This document shows, piece after piece, positions 38,701 through 53,700 of a DNA stretch of 64,000 nt. Source of the stretch: Blastocladiella emersonii ATCC 22665 (lineage: Eukaryota > Fungi > Blastocladiomycota). How positions within the stretch are numbered: the first letter of the stretch is position 1; the number at the start of each line of letters is the position of its first letter. Position numbers and translations under genes: made by a program. Where the stretch lies: contig JANHCV010000017.1 in assembly GCA_025594325.1 (NCBI GenBank), forward strand, positions 379,893 through 443,892, read 5' to 3'. The notes beneath the pieces were generated by a model. The model was not told where the DNA came from. It searched no databases and saw nothing but the letters and a program-made list of their open reading frames with translations.

Positions 38701-41700
38701 GAGCCCTGGTAGCCTGCTAGACTGACAGCCTGACAGCGCCCGCTCAGTTGCTATTATCTATCTCGTAGGTAGTCTGGGAGGAGTTCGTTAGTCGATACGC
38801 GACCAGTCTCCTCCTGGCTGCCCGCTCTGCTGCCATCTCCAAGGCCCGCATGAAGATGGGCCAGGGAGGTTTACGAGCATTTCCTATCTCTCCTCTCTCC
38901 GTGTGAAACCATTCACCCGCGGACGGATGCGCACCACGCACCGTGCACCGCGCACCGCGCACCGCGCACCGCGCACCGTGCACCGCGCACCGCGCACCGC
39001 GCACAGCGCACCGCGGACAGCGCACCGCGGACAGCGCCCGATGCACCACACGCTGCGCACACGGCGCCAACGGCCACGCTGGTGTCACGCACACACACTC
39101 GCATGAACGGCAAGCAGGCAAGGCTTCCTCAACTCAACCATGATCCATCGTCCATGTCTGCTCGCTCCAACGGGTGCGCCTGCCTACCCTCCCAGTGCCA
39201 TCGATTGATTGATTCATGTCCAGTGCTGCCCATGCTTTCATGGCCGCGGGGTCCGTCAGAACGCCTTGCAATGCGTGCGCCTGCATGCACCTGCACTGCA
39301 GAGCGCTGCAGAGGGCTGCACAGCGCTGCGGAGGGCTGCAGAGGGCTAAGGCGGCAGGGCTTCTCCTCCTGCAGGGGACAGTACCAAGGCCAAGGAGTGC
39401 TAGTGACTACTAACGGAATGGTGATTGGCCCCCTTCACACGCTCCTGGCAGGACTGCGTGTGGGCGTGCGGGCGTTTGTGCGTGCGTGCCTTGATTCGTC
39501 CACCATCATACGCGCAAAGTGACCAAGTGACCAAGTGACCAAGTGACCAAGGTGACCAAGGTGACCAAGGTGACCAAGGTGACCAAGGTGACCAAGTGAC
39601 ACACAAGCACCAAGCTAGGGTGGCCGGGCGGCCATGGAACGTACTGCATGGGAACCATTACCGTGGACTGGCCGCGGCCATTTATCGCAGCACAGCCCTG
39701 CCTGGCTCAGGACGCGGCGGGCGTGGGAGGCAGGCAGGGTAGATCGGTAGCAGCAGCAGGACCTGGCTAGCTGGCTGTCAAACAACACAAGTGAAGGGGT
39801 GCGTGAGGGAGGGTGTGTTGAATGAATGGATGGGTGGATGCAGGCAGAGAGAGACCTTCGTACGTGTCGTGGGTGATGAGGATTGGTTGGCCACCATCCA
39901 CCAACGCCATGGCATGGCTGCGGGTGTCGCTGCGTGCGCCTTGGCGGGTGGTGTTGGTGGGTGGGTGGTCTTGGTGGGTGCTGTGGTGGTAGTGGAGCTA
40001 GAGTGGTGCCGTGGGGCTCTTGGGGTCCCCTTTCCTTCCTGTCTGGCCTAGGTGGGTCGGCGGACGCAGCGCGCATGCGGGCAAGGTAACAACATTGCTC
40101 ACGCAATGGATCATGTATTTTATGGCAAGTAGTCTGCGAAGCAGAGACGGGGATGTCCGGCCCAATCGGACCCTCCACGGATCACAATATGCACGCAATG
40201 AATTGACTGATGATAGGGATGTACCAAACCAGCCACGTAGACAATTGTCGTGGTTGTCGAACAAAACCATATTCAAATCTTTGGCAACGCGCCTGTCCAG
40301 CTAGCCAGGGACCCATGAATCACAGTATCGACCCAACAAGATATTAGACCATGGTAATATAGTAAACCAACCTCGTACATAATTGTCATGGTACTCAAAC
40401 AAAACCATATTCAAGTCTTTGCTTTCCCGCATATCCAGCTGGCCAGGGACCCATAAATCACAGTATCGAACGAACAAGATATCTTACCATGGAAATATAG
40501 TTAACCAGCCACGCGGACAATTGTCATGGTACTCAATCGAGACCACATTCAAGTCTTTGCTCTCCCGCATGTCAAGCTGGTTGAAGGCCCATTAATCACA
40601 GTATCGACCCAACAAGATATTTGACCATGGAAACATAGTAAACCAGCCACGCGGATAATTGTCATGGTACTCAATCAAAACCATATTCATATTTTTGCTT
40701 CCCCGCATGTCAAGCTGGTTGAAGACCCATTAATCACAGTATCGAACCAACAAAATATCTGACCATGGAAATATAGTTAACCAGCCACGCGGACAATTGT
40801 CATGGTACTCAATCGAAACCACATTCAAGTCTTTGCTCTCCCGCATGTCAAGCTGGTTGAAGGCCCATAAATCACAGTATCGACCCAACAAGATATTTGA
40901 CCATGGAAATATAGTAAACCAGCCACGCGGATAATTGTCATGGTACTCAATCAAAACCATATTCAAGTCTTTGCTTTCCCGCACGTCCAGCTGGTTGAAG
41001 GCCCATAAATCACAGTATCGACCCAACAAAGTATCTGACAACCGAAATATAGCAGACAATCCACGCAGACAATTGTCATGCCACCTAATCAAAACCATAT
41101 TCAAGTCTTTGCTTTCCCACATGTCAAGCTGGTTGAAGGCCCATAAATCACAGTATCGAACCAACGAAATATCTGACCATGGAAATATAGTAAAGCAGCC
41201 ACGCAGATAATTGTCATGGTACTTAATCAAAACCATATTCATATTTTTGCTTCCCCGCATGTCAAGCTGGTTGAAGGCCCATAAATCACAGTATCGAACG
41301 AACAAGATATCTTACCATGGAAATATAGTTAACCAGCCACGCAAATGATTGTCATGCCACTTAATCAAAACCATACTCAAATGGTCGATTACCCTCACGT
41401 CCAAGCGGCCAAGGACCCAAACCGCCAGATACCCAAATCTACGACCACGTTGCGCACACTCCACTAGCCAACTCTTCGATCCCCTAATTATGGAGCCCGT
41501 CGTCAAAGTCCACGGTCCAATCAACGAGGTAAACAGCGAACTTGTCAAACTGCCAACCTGCCAACCAAACACCCACGCCGCTTCTCAAGCCACGGTGGGC
41601 CCGCGCATTTGCGTTGCCGTCCCAGCCAACGAAGGAATGACTGATGAGCCCTGGTAGCCTGCTAGACTGACAGCCTGACAGCGCCCGCTCAGTTGCTATT

Positions 41701-44700
41701 ATCTATCTCGTAGGTAGTCTGGGAGGAGTTCGTTAGTCGATACGCGACCAGTCTCCTCCTGGCTGCCCGCTCTGCTGCCATCTCCAAGGCCCGCATGAAG
41801 ATGGGCCAGGGAGGTTTACGAGCATTTCCTATCTCTCCTCTCTCCGTGTGAAACCATTCACCCGCGGACGGATGCGCACCACGCACCGTGCACCGCGCAC
41901 CGCGCACCGCGCACCGCGCACCGTGCACCGCGCACCGCGCACCGCGCACAGCGCACCGCGGACAGCGCACCGCGGACAGCGCCCGATGCACCACACGCTG
42001 CGCACACGGCGCCAACGGCCACGCTGGTGTCACGCACACACACTCGCATGAACGGCAAGCAGGCAAGGCTTCCTCAACTCAACCATGATCCATCGTCCAT
42101 GTCTGCTCGCTCCAACGGGTGCGCCTGCCTACCCTCCCAGTGCCATCGATTGATTGATTCATGTCCAGTGCTGCCCATGCTTTCATGGCCGCGGGGTCCG
42201 TCAGAACGCCTTGCAATGCGTGCGCCTGCATGCACCTGCACTGCAGAGCGCTGCAGAGGGCTGCACAGCGCTGCGGAGGGCTGCAGAGGGCTAAGGCGGC
42301 AGGGCTTCTCCTCCTGCAGGGGACAGTACCAAGGCCAAGGAGTGCTAGTGACTACTAACGGAATGGTGATTGGCCCCCTTCACACGCTCCTGGCAGGACT
42401 GCGTGTGGGCGTGCGGGCGTTTGTGCGTGCGTGCCTTGATTCGTCCACCATCATACGCGCAAAGTGACCAAGTGACCAAGTGACCAAGTGACCAAGGTGA
42501 CCAAGGTGACCAAGGTGACCAAGGTGACCAAGGTGACCAAGTGACACACAAGCACCAAGCTAGGGTGGCCGGGCGGCCATGGAACGTACTGCATGGGAAC
42601 CATTACCGTGGACTGGCCGCGGCCATTTATCGCAGCACAGCCCTGCCTGGCTCAGGACGCGGCGGGCGTGGGAGGCAGGCAGGGTAGATCGGTAGCAGCA
42701 GCAGGACCTGGCTAGCTGGCTGTCAAACAACACAAGTGAAGGGGTGCGTGAGGGAGGGTGTGTTGAATGAATGGATGGGTGGATGCAGGCAGAGAGAGAC
42801 CTTCGTACGTGTCGTGGGTGATGAGGATTGGTTGGCCACCATCCACCAACGCCATGGCATGGCTGCGGGTGTCGCTGCGTGCGCCTTGGCGGGTGGTGTT
42901 GGTGGGTGGGTGGTCTTGGTGGGTGCTGTGGTGGTAGTGGAGCTAGAGTGGTGCCGTGGGGCTCTTGGGGTCCCCTTTCCTTCCTGTCTGGCCTAGGTGG
43001 GTCGGCGGACGCAGCGCGCATGCGGGCAAGGTAACAACATTGCTCACGCAATGGATCATGTATTTTATGGCAAGTAGTCTGCGAAGCAGAGACGGGGATG
43101 TCCGGCCCAATCGGACCCTCCACGGATCACAATATGCACGCAATGAATTGACTGATGATAGGGATGTACCAAACCAGCCACGTAGACAATTGTCGTGGTT
43201 GTCGAACAAAACCATATTCAAATCTTTGGCAACGCGCCTGTCCAGCTAGCCAGGGACCCATGAATCACAGTATCGACCCAACAAGATATTAGACCATGGT
43301 AATATAGTAAACCAACCTCGTACATAATTGTCATGGTACTCAAACAAAACCATATTCAAGTCTTTGCTTTCCCGCATATCCAGCTGGCCAGGGACCCATA
43401 AATCACAGTATCGAACGAACAAGATATCTTACCATGGAAATATAGTTAACCAGCCACGCGGACAATTGTCATGGTACTCAATCGAGACCACATTCAAGTC
43501 TTTGCTCTCCCGCATGTCAAGCTGGTTGAAGGCCCATTAATCACAGTATCGACCCAACAAGATATTTGACCATGGAAACATAGTAAACCAGCCACGCGGA
43601 TAATTGTCATGGTACTCAATCAAAACCATATTCATATTTTTGCTTCCCCGCATGTCAAGCTGGTTGAAGACCCATTAATCACAGTATCGAACCAACAAAA
43701 TATCTGACCATGGAAATATAGTTAACCAGCCACGCGGACAATTGTCATGGTACTCAATCGAAACCACATTCAAGTCTTTGCTCTCCCGCATGTCAAGCTG
43801 GTTGAAGGCCCATAAATCACAGTATCGACCCAACAAGATATTTGACCATGGAAATATAGTAAACCAGCCACGCGGATAATTGTCATGGTACTCAATCAAA
43901 ACCATATTCAAGTCTTTGCTTTCCCGCACGTCCAGCTGGTTGAAGGCCCATAAATCACAGTATCGACCCAACAAAGTATCTGACAACCGAAATATAGCAG
44001 ACAATCCACGCAGACAATTGTCATGCCACCTAATCAAAACCATATTCAAGTCTTTGCTTTCCCACATGTCAAGCTGGTTGAAGGCCCATAAATCACAGTA
44101 TCGAACCAACGAAATATCTGACCATGGAAATATAGTAAAGCAGCCACGCAGATAATTGTCATGGTACTTAATCAAAACCATATTCATATTTTTGCTTCCC
44201 CGCATGTCAAGCTGGTTGAAGGCCCATAAATCACAGTATCGAACGAACAAGATATCTTACCATGGAAATATAGTTAACCAGCCACGCAAATGATTGTCAT
44301 GCCACTTAATCAAAACCATACTCAAATGGTCGATTACCCTCACGTCCAAGCGGCCAAGGACCCAAACCGCCAGATACCCAAATCTACGACCACGTTGCGC
44401 ACACTCCACTAGCCAACTCTTCGATCCCCTAATTATGGAGCCCGTCGTCAAAGTCCACGGTCCAATCAACGAGGTAAACAGCGAACTTGTCAAACTGCCA
44501 ACCTGCCAACCAAACACCCACGCCGCTTCTCAAGCCACGGTGGGCCCGCGCATTTGCGTTGCCGTCCCAGCCAACGAAGGAATGACTGATGAGCCCTGGT
44601 AGCCTGCTAGACTGACAGCCTGACAGCGCCCGCTCAGTTGCTATTATCTATCTCGTAGGTAGTCTGGGAGGAGTTCGTTAGTCGATACGCGACCAGTCTC

Positions 44701-47700
44701 CTCCTGGCTGCCCGCTCTGCTGCCATCTCCAAGGCCCGCATGAAGATGGGCCAGGGAGGTTTACGAGCATTTCCTATCTCTCCTCTCTCCGTGTGAAACC
44801 ATTCACCCGCGGACGGATGCGCACCACGCACCGTGCACCGCGCACCGCGCACCGCGCACCGCGCACCGTGCACCGCGCACCGCGCACCGCGCACAGCGCA
44901 CCGCGGACAGCGCACCGCGGACAGCGCCCGATGCACCACACGCTGCGCACACGGCGCCAACGGCCACGCTGGTGTCACGCACACACACTCGCATGAACGG
45001 CAAGCAGGCAAGGCTTCCTCAACTCAACCATGATCCATCGTCCATGTCTGCTCGCTCCAACGGGTGCGCCTGCCTACCCTCCCAGTGCCATCGATTGATT
45101 GATTCATGTCCAGTGCTGCCCATGCTTTCATGGCCGCGGGGTCCGTCAGAACGCCTTGCAATGCGTGCGCCTGCATGCACCTGCACTGCAGAGCGCTGCA
45201 GAGGGCTGCACAGCGCTGCGGAGGGCTGCAGAGGGCTAAGGCGGCAGGGCTTCTCCTCCTGCAGGGGACAGTACCAAGGCCAAGGAGTGCTAGTGACTAC
45301 TAACGGAATGGTGATTGGCCCCCTTCACACGCTCCTGGCAGGACTGCGTGTGGGCGTGCGGGCGTTTGTGCGTGCGTGCCTTGATTCGTCCACCATCATA
45401 CGCGCAAAGTGACCAAGTGACCAAGTGACCAAGTGACCAAGTGACCAAGTGACCAAGGTGACCAAGGTGACCAAGGTGACCAAGGTGACCAAGGTGACCA
45501 AGTGACACACAAGCACCAAGCTAGGGTGGCCGGGCGGCCATGGAACGTACTGCATGGGAACCATTACCGTGGACTGGCCGCGGCCATTTATCGCAGCACA
45601 GCCCTGCCTGGCTCAGGACGCGGCGGGCGTGGGAGGCAGGCAGGGTAGATCGGTAGCAGCAGCAGGACCTGGCTAGCTGGCTGTCAAACAACACAAGTGA
45701 AGGGGTGCGTGAGGGAGGGTGTGTTGAATGAATGGATGGGTGGATGCAGGCAGAGAGAGACCTTCGTACGTGTCGTGGGTGATGAGGATTGGTTGGCCAC
45801 CATCCACCAACGCCATGGCATGGCTGCGGGTGTCGCTGCGTGCGCCTTGGCGGGTGGTGTTGGTGGGTGGGTGGTCTTGGTGGGTGCTGTGGTGGTAGTG
45901 GAGCTAGAGTGGTGCCGTGGGGCTCTTGGGGTCCCCTTTCCTTCCTGTCTGGCCTAGGTGGGTCGGCGGACGCAGCGCGCATGCGGGCAAGGTAACAACA
46001 TTGCTCACGCAATGGATCATGTATTTTATGGCAAGTAGTCTGCGAAGCAGAGACGGGGATGTCCGGCCCAATCGGACCCTCCACGGATCACAATATGCAC
46101 GCAATGAATTGACTGATGATAGGGATGTACCAAACCAGCCACGTAGACAATTGTCGTGGTTGTCGAACAAAACCATATTCAAATCTTTGGCAACGCGCCT
46201 GTCCAGCTAGCCAGGGACCCATGAATCACAGTATCGACCCAACAAGATATTAGACCATGGTAATATAGTAAACCAACCTCGTACATAATTGTCATGGTAC
46301 TCAAACAAAACCATATTCAAGTCTTTGCTTTCCCGCATATCCAGCTGGCCAGGGACCCATAAATCACAGTATCGAACGAACAAGATATCTTACCATGGAA
46401 ATATAGTTAACCAGCCACGCGGACAATTGTCATGGTACTCAATCGAGACCACATTCAAGTCTTTGCTCTCCCGCATGTCAAGCTGGTTGAAGGCCCATTA
46501 ATCACAGTATCGACCCAACAAGATATTTGACCATGGAAACATAGTAAACCAGCCACGCGGATAATTGTCATGGTACTCAATCAAAACCATATTCATATTT
46601 TTGCTTCCCCGCATGTCAAGCTGGTTGAAGACCCATTAATCACAGTATCGAACCAACAAAATATCTGACCATGGAAATATAGTTAACCAGCCACGCGGAC
46701 AATTGTCATGGTACTCAATCGAAACCACATTCAAGTCTTTGCTCTCCCGCATGTCAAGCTGGTTGAAGGCCCATAAATCACAGTATCGACCCAACAAGAT
46801 ATTTGACCATGGAAATATAGTAAACCAGCCACGCGGATAATTGTCATGGTACTCAATCAAAACCATATTCAAGTCTTTGCTTTCCCGCACGTCCAGCTGG
46901 TTGAAGGCCCATAAATCACAGTATCGACCCAACAAAGTATCTGACAACCGAAATATAGCAGACAATCCACGCAGACAATTGTCATGCCACCTAATCAAAA
47001 CCATATTCAAGTCTTTGCTTTCCCACATGTCAAGCTGGTTGAAGGCCCATAAATCACAGTATCGAACCAACGAAATATCTGACCATGGAAATATAGTAAA
47101 GCAGCCACGCAGATAATTGTCATGGTACTTAATCAAAACCATATTCATATTTTTGCTTCCCCGCATGTCAAGCTGGTTGAAGGCCCATAAATCACAGTAT
47201 CGAACGAACAAGATATCTTACCATGGAAATATAGTTAACCAGCCACGCAAATGATTGTCATGCCACTTAATCAAAACCATACTCAAATGGTCGATTACCC
47301 TCACGTCCAAGCGGCCAAGGACCCAAACCGCCAGATACCCAAATCTACGACCACGTTGCGCACACTCCACTAGCCAACTCTTCGATCCCCTAATTATGGA
47401 GCCCGTCGTCAAAGTCCACGGTCCAATCAACGAGGTAAACAGCGAACTTGTCAAACTGCCAACCTGCCAACCAAACACCCACGCCGCTTCTCAAGCCACG
47501 GTGGGCCCGCGCATTTGCGTTGCCGTCCCAGCCAACGAAGGAATGACTGATGAGCCCTGGTAGCCTGCTAGACTGACAGCCTGACAGCGCCCGCTCAGTT
47601 GCTATTATCTATCTCGTAGGTAGTCTGGGAGGAGTTCGTTAGTCGATACGCGACCAGTCTCCTCCTGGCTGCCCGCTCTGCTGCCATCTCCAAGGCCCGC

Positions 47701-50700
47701 ATGAAGATGGGCCAGGGAGGTTTACGAGCATTTCCTATCTCTCCTCTCTCCGTGTGAAACCATTCACCCGCGGACGGATGCGCACCACGCACCGTGCACC
47801 GCGCACCGCGCACCGCGCACCGCGCACCGTGCACCGCGCACCGCGCACCGCGCACCGCGCACCGCGCACCGCGCACAGCGCACCGCGGACAGCGCCCGAT
47901 GCACCACACGCTGCGCACACGGCGCCAACGGCCACGCTGGTGTCACGCACACACACTCGCATGAACGGCAAGCAGGCAAGGCTTCCTCAACTCAACCATG
48001 ATCCATCGTCCATGTCTGCTCGCTCCAACGGGTGCGCCTGCCTACCCTCCCAGTGCCATCGATTGATTGATTCATGTCCAGTGCTGCCCATGCTTTCATG
48101 GCCGCGGGGTCCGTCAGAACGCCTTGCAATGCGTGCGCCTGCATGCACCTGCACTGCAGAGCGCTGCAGAGGGCTGCACAGCGCTGCGGAGGGCTGCAGA
48201 GGGCTAAGGCGGCAGGGCTTCTCCTCCTGCAGGGGACAGTACCAAGGCCAAGGAGTGCTAGTGACTACTAACGGAATGGTGATTGGCCCCCTTCACACGC
48301 TCCTGGCAGGACTGCGTGTGGGCGTGCGGGCGTTTGTGCGTGCGTGCCTTGATTCGTCCACCATCATACGCGCAAAGTGACCAAGTGACCAAGTGACCAA
48401 GTGACCAAGTGACCAAGTGACCAAGGTGACCAAGGTGACCAAGGTGACCAAGGTGACCAAGGTGACCAAGTGACACACAAGCACCAAGCTAGGGTGGCCG
48501 GGCGGCCATGGAACGTACTGCATGGGAACCATTACCGTGGACTGGCCGCGGCCATTTATCGCAGCACAGCCCTGCCTGGCTCAGGACGCGGCGGGCGTGG
48601 GAGGCAGGCAGGGTAGATCGGTAGCAGCAGCAGGACCTGGCTAGCTGGCTGTCAAACAACACAAGTGAAGGGGTGCGTGAGGGAGGGTGTGTTGAATGAA
48701 TGGATGGGTGGATGCAGGCAGAGAGAGACCTTCGTACGTGTCGTGGGTGATGAGGATTGGTTGGCCACCATCCACCAACGCCATGGCATGGCTGCGGGTG
48801 TCGCTGCGTGCGCCTTGGCGGGTGGTGTTGGTGGGTGGGTGGTCTTGGTGGGTGCTGTGGTGGTAGTGGAGCTAGAGTGGTGCCGTGGGGCTCTTGGGGT
48901 CCCCTTTCCTTCCTGTCTGGCCTAGGTGGGTCGGCGGACGCAGCGCGCATGCGGGCAAGGTAACAACATTGCTCACGCAATGGATCATGTATTTTATGGC
49001 AAGTAGTCTGCGAAGCAGAGACGGGGATGTCCGGCCCAATCGGACCCTCCACGGATCACAATATGCACGCAATGAATTGACTGATGATAGGGATGTACCA
49101 AACCAGCCACGTAGACAATTGTCGTGGTTGTCGAACAAAACCATATTCAAATCTTTGGCAACGCGCCTGTCCAGCTAGCCAGGGACCCATGAATCACAGT
49201 ATCGACCCAACAAGATATTAGACCATGGTAATATAGTAAACCAACCTCGTACATAATTGTCATGGTACTCAAACAAAACCATATTCAAGTCTTTGCTTTC
49301 CCGCATATCCAGCTGGCCAGGGACCCATAAATCACAGTATCGAACGAACAAGATATCTTACCATGGAAATATAGTTAACCAGCCACGCGGACAATTGTCA
49401 TGGTACTCAATCGAGACCACATTCAAGTCTTTGCTCTCCCGCATGTCAAGCTGGTTGAAGGCCCATTAATCACAGTATCGACCCAACAAGATATTTGACC
49501 ATGGAAACATAGTAAACCAGCCACGCGGATAATTGTCATGGTACTCAATCAAAACCATATTCATATTTTTGCTTCCCCGCATGTCAAGCTGGTTGAAGAC
49601 CCATTAATCACAGTATCGAACCAACAAAATATCTGACCATGGAAATATAGTTAACCAGCCACGCGGACAATTGTCATGGTACTCAATCGAAACCACATTC
49701 AAGTCTTTGCTCTCCCGCATGTCAAGCTGGTTGAAGGCCCATAAATCACAGTATCGACCCAACAAGATATTTGACCATGGAAATATAGTAAACCAGCCAC
49801 GCGGATAATTGTCATGGTACTCAATCAAAACCATATTCAAGTCTTTGCTTTCCCGCACGTCCAGCTGGTTGAAGGCCCATAAATCACAGTATCGACCCAA
49901 CAAAGTATCTGACAACCGAAATATAGCAGACAATCCACGCAGACAATTGTCATGCCACCTAATCAAAACCATATTCAAGTCTTTGCTTTCCCACATGTCA
50001 AGCTGGTTGAAGGCCCATAAATCACAGTATCGAACCAACGAAATATCTGACCATGGAAATATAGTAAAGCAGCCACGCAGATAATTGTCATGGTACTTAA
50101 TCAAAACCATATTCATATTTTTGCTTCCCCGCATGTCAAGCTGGTTGAAGGCCCATAAATCACAGTATCGAACGAACAAGATATCTTACCATGGAAATAT
50201 AGTTAACCAGCCACGCAAATGATTGTCATGCCACTTAATCAAAACCATACTCAAATGGTCGATTACCCTCACGTCCAAGCGGCCAAGGACCCAAACCGCC
50301 AGATACCCAAATCTACGACCACGTTGCGCACACTCCACTAGCCAACTCTTCGATCCCCTAATTATGGAGCCCGTCGTCAAAGTCCACGGTCCAATCAACG
50401 AGGTAAACAGCGAACTTGTCAAACTGCCAACCTGCCAACCAAACACCCACGCCGCTTCTCAAGCCACGGTGGGCCCGCGCATTTGCGTTGCCGTCCCAGC
50501 CAACGAAGGAATGACTGATGAGCCCTGGTAGCCTGCTAGACTGACAGCCTGACAGCGCCCGCTCAGTTGCTATTATCTATCTCGTAGGTAGTCTGGGAGG
50601 AGTTCGTTAGTCGATACGCGACCAGTCTCCTCCTGGCTGCCCGCTCTGCTGCCATCTCCAAGGCCCGCATGAAGATGGGCCAGGGAGGTTTACGAGCATT

Positions 50701-53700
50701 TCCTATCTCTCCTCTCTCCGTGTGAAACCATTCACCCGCGGACGGATGCGCACCACGCACCGTGCACCGCGCACCGCGCACCGCGCACCGCGCACCGTGC
50801 ACCGCGCACAGCGCACCGCGGACAGCGCACCGCGGACAGCGCCCGATGCACCACACGCTGCGCACACGGCGCCAACGGCCACGCTGGTGTCACGCACACA
50901 CACTCGCATGAACGGCAAGCAGGCAAGGCTTCCTCAACTCAACCATGATCCATCGTCCATGTCTGCTCGCTCCAACGGGTGCGCCTGCTTACCCTCCCAG
51001 TGCCATCGATTGATTGATTCATGTCCAGTGCTGCCCATGCTTTCATGGCCGCGGGGTCCGTCAGAACGCCTTGCAATGCGTGCGCCTGCATGCACCTGCA
51101 CTGCAGAGCGCTGCAGAGGGCTGCACAGCGCTGCGGAGGGCTGCAGAGGGCTAAGGCGGCAGGGCTTCTCCTCCTGCAGGGGACAGTACCAAGGCCAAGG
51201 AGTGCTAGTGACTACTAACGGAATGGTGATTGGCCCCCTTCACACGCTCCTGGCAGGACTGCGTGTGGGCGTGCGGGCGTTTGTGCGTGCGTGCCTTGAT
51301 TCGTCCACCATCATACGCGCAAAGTGACCAAGTGACCAAGTGACCAAGTGACCAAGTGACCAAGTGACCAAGGTGACCAAGGTGACCAAGGTGACCAAGG
51401 TGACCAAGGTGACCAAGTGACACACAAGCACCAAGCTAGGGTGGCCGGGCGGCCATGGAACGTACTGCATGGGAACCATTACCGTGGACTGGCCGCGGCC
51501 ATTTATCGCAGCACAGCCCTGCCTGGCTCAGGACGCGGCGGGCGTGGGAGGCAGGCAGGGTAGATCGGTAGCAGCAGCAGGACCTGGCTAGCTGGCTGTC
51601 AAACAACACAAGTGAAGGGGTGCGTGAGGGAGGGTGTGTTGAATGAATGGATGGGTGGATGCAGGCAGAGAGAGACCTTCGTACGTGTCGTGGGTGATGA
51701 GGATTGGTTGGCCACCATCCACCAACGCCATGGCATGGCTGCGGGTGTCGCTGCGTGCGCCTTGGCGGGTGGTGTTGGTGGGTGGGTGGTCTTGGTGGGT
51801 GCTGTGGTGGTAGTGGAGCTAGAGTGGTGCCGTGGGGCTCTTGGGGTCCCCTTTCCTTCCTGTCTGGCCTAGGTGGGTCGGCGGACGCAGCGCGCATGCG
51901 GGCAAGGTAACAACATTGCTCACGCAATGGATCATGTATTTTATGGCAAGTAGTCTGCGAAGCAGAGACGGGGATGTCCGGCCCAATCGGACCCTCCACG
52001 GATCACAATATGCACGCAATGAATTGACTGATGATAGGGATGTACCAAACCAGCCACGTAGACAATTGTCGTGGTTGTCGAACAAAACCATATTCAAATC
52101 TTTGGCAACGCGCCTGTCCAGCTAGCCAGGGACCCATGAATCACAGTATCGACCCAACAAGATATTAGACCATGGTAATATAGTAAACCAACCTCGTACA
52201 TAATTGTCATGGTACTCAAACAAAACCATATTCAAGTCTTTGCTTTCCCGCATATCCAGCTGGCCAGGGACCCATAAATCACAGTATCGAACGAACAAGA
52301 TATCTTACCATGGAAATATAGTTAACCAGCCACGCGGACAATTGTCATGGTACTCAATCGAGACCACATTCAAGTCTTTGCTCTCCCGCATGTCAAGCTG
52401 GTTGAAGGCCCATTAATCACAGTATCGACCCAACAAGATATTTGACCATGGAAACATAGTAAACCAGCCACGCGGATAATTGTCATGGTACTCAATCAAA
52501 ACCATATTCATATTTTTGCTTCCCCGCATGTCAAGCTGGTTGAAGACCCATTAATCACAGTATCGAACCAACAAAATATCTGACCATGGAAATATAGTTA
52601 ACCAGCCACGCGGACAATTGTCATGGTACTCAATCGAAACCACATTCAAGTCTTTGCTCTCCCGCATGTCAAGCTGGTTGAAGGCCCATAAATCACAGTA
52701 TCGACCCAACAAGATATTTGACCATGGAAATATAGTAAACCAGCCACGCGGATAATTGTCATGGTACTCAATCAAAACCATATTCAAGTCTTTGCTTTCC
52801 CGCACGTCCAGCTGGTTGAAGGCCCATAAATCACAGTATCGACCCAACAAAGTATCTGACAACCGAAATATAGCAGACAATCCACGCAGACAATTGTCAT
52901 GCCACCTAATCAAAACCATATTCAAGTCTTTGCTTTCCCACATGTCAAGCTGGTTGAAGGCCCATAAATCACAGTATCGAACCAACGAAATATCTGACCA
53001 TGGAAATATAGTAAAGCAGCCACGCAGATAATTGTCATGGTACTTAATCAAAACCATATTCATATTTTTGCTTCCCCGCATGTCAAGCTGGTTGAAGGCC
53101 CATAAATCACAGTATCGAACGAACAAGATATCTTACCATGGAAATATAGTTAACCAGCCACGCAAATGATTGTCATGCCACTTAATCAAAACCATACTCA
53201 AATGGTCGATTACCCTCACGTCCAAGCGGCCAAGGACCCAAACCGCCAGATACCCAAATCTACGACCACGTTGCGCACACTCCACTAGCCAACTCTTCGA
53301 TCCCCTAATTATGGAGCCCGTCGTCAAAGTCCACGGTCCAATCAACGAGGTAAACAGCGAACTTGTCAAACTGCCAACCTGCCAACCAAACACCCACGCC
53401 GCTTCTCAAGCCACGGTGGGCCCGCGCATTTGCGTTGCCGTCCCAGCCAACGAAGGAATGACTGATGAGCCCTGGTAGCCTGCTAGACTGACAGCCTGAC
53501 AGCGCCCGCTCAGTTGCTATTATCTATCTCGTAGGTAGTCTGGGAGGAGTTCGTTAGTCGATACGCGACCAGTCTCCTCCTGGCTGCCCGCTCTGCTGCC
53601 ATCTCCAAGGCCCGCATGAAGATGGGCCAGGGAGGTTTACGAGCATTTCCTATCTCTCCTCTCTCCGTGTGAAACCATTCACCCGCGGACGGATGCGCAC

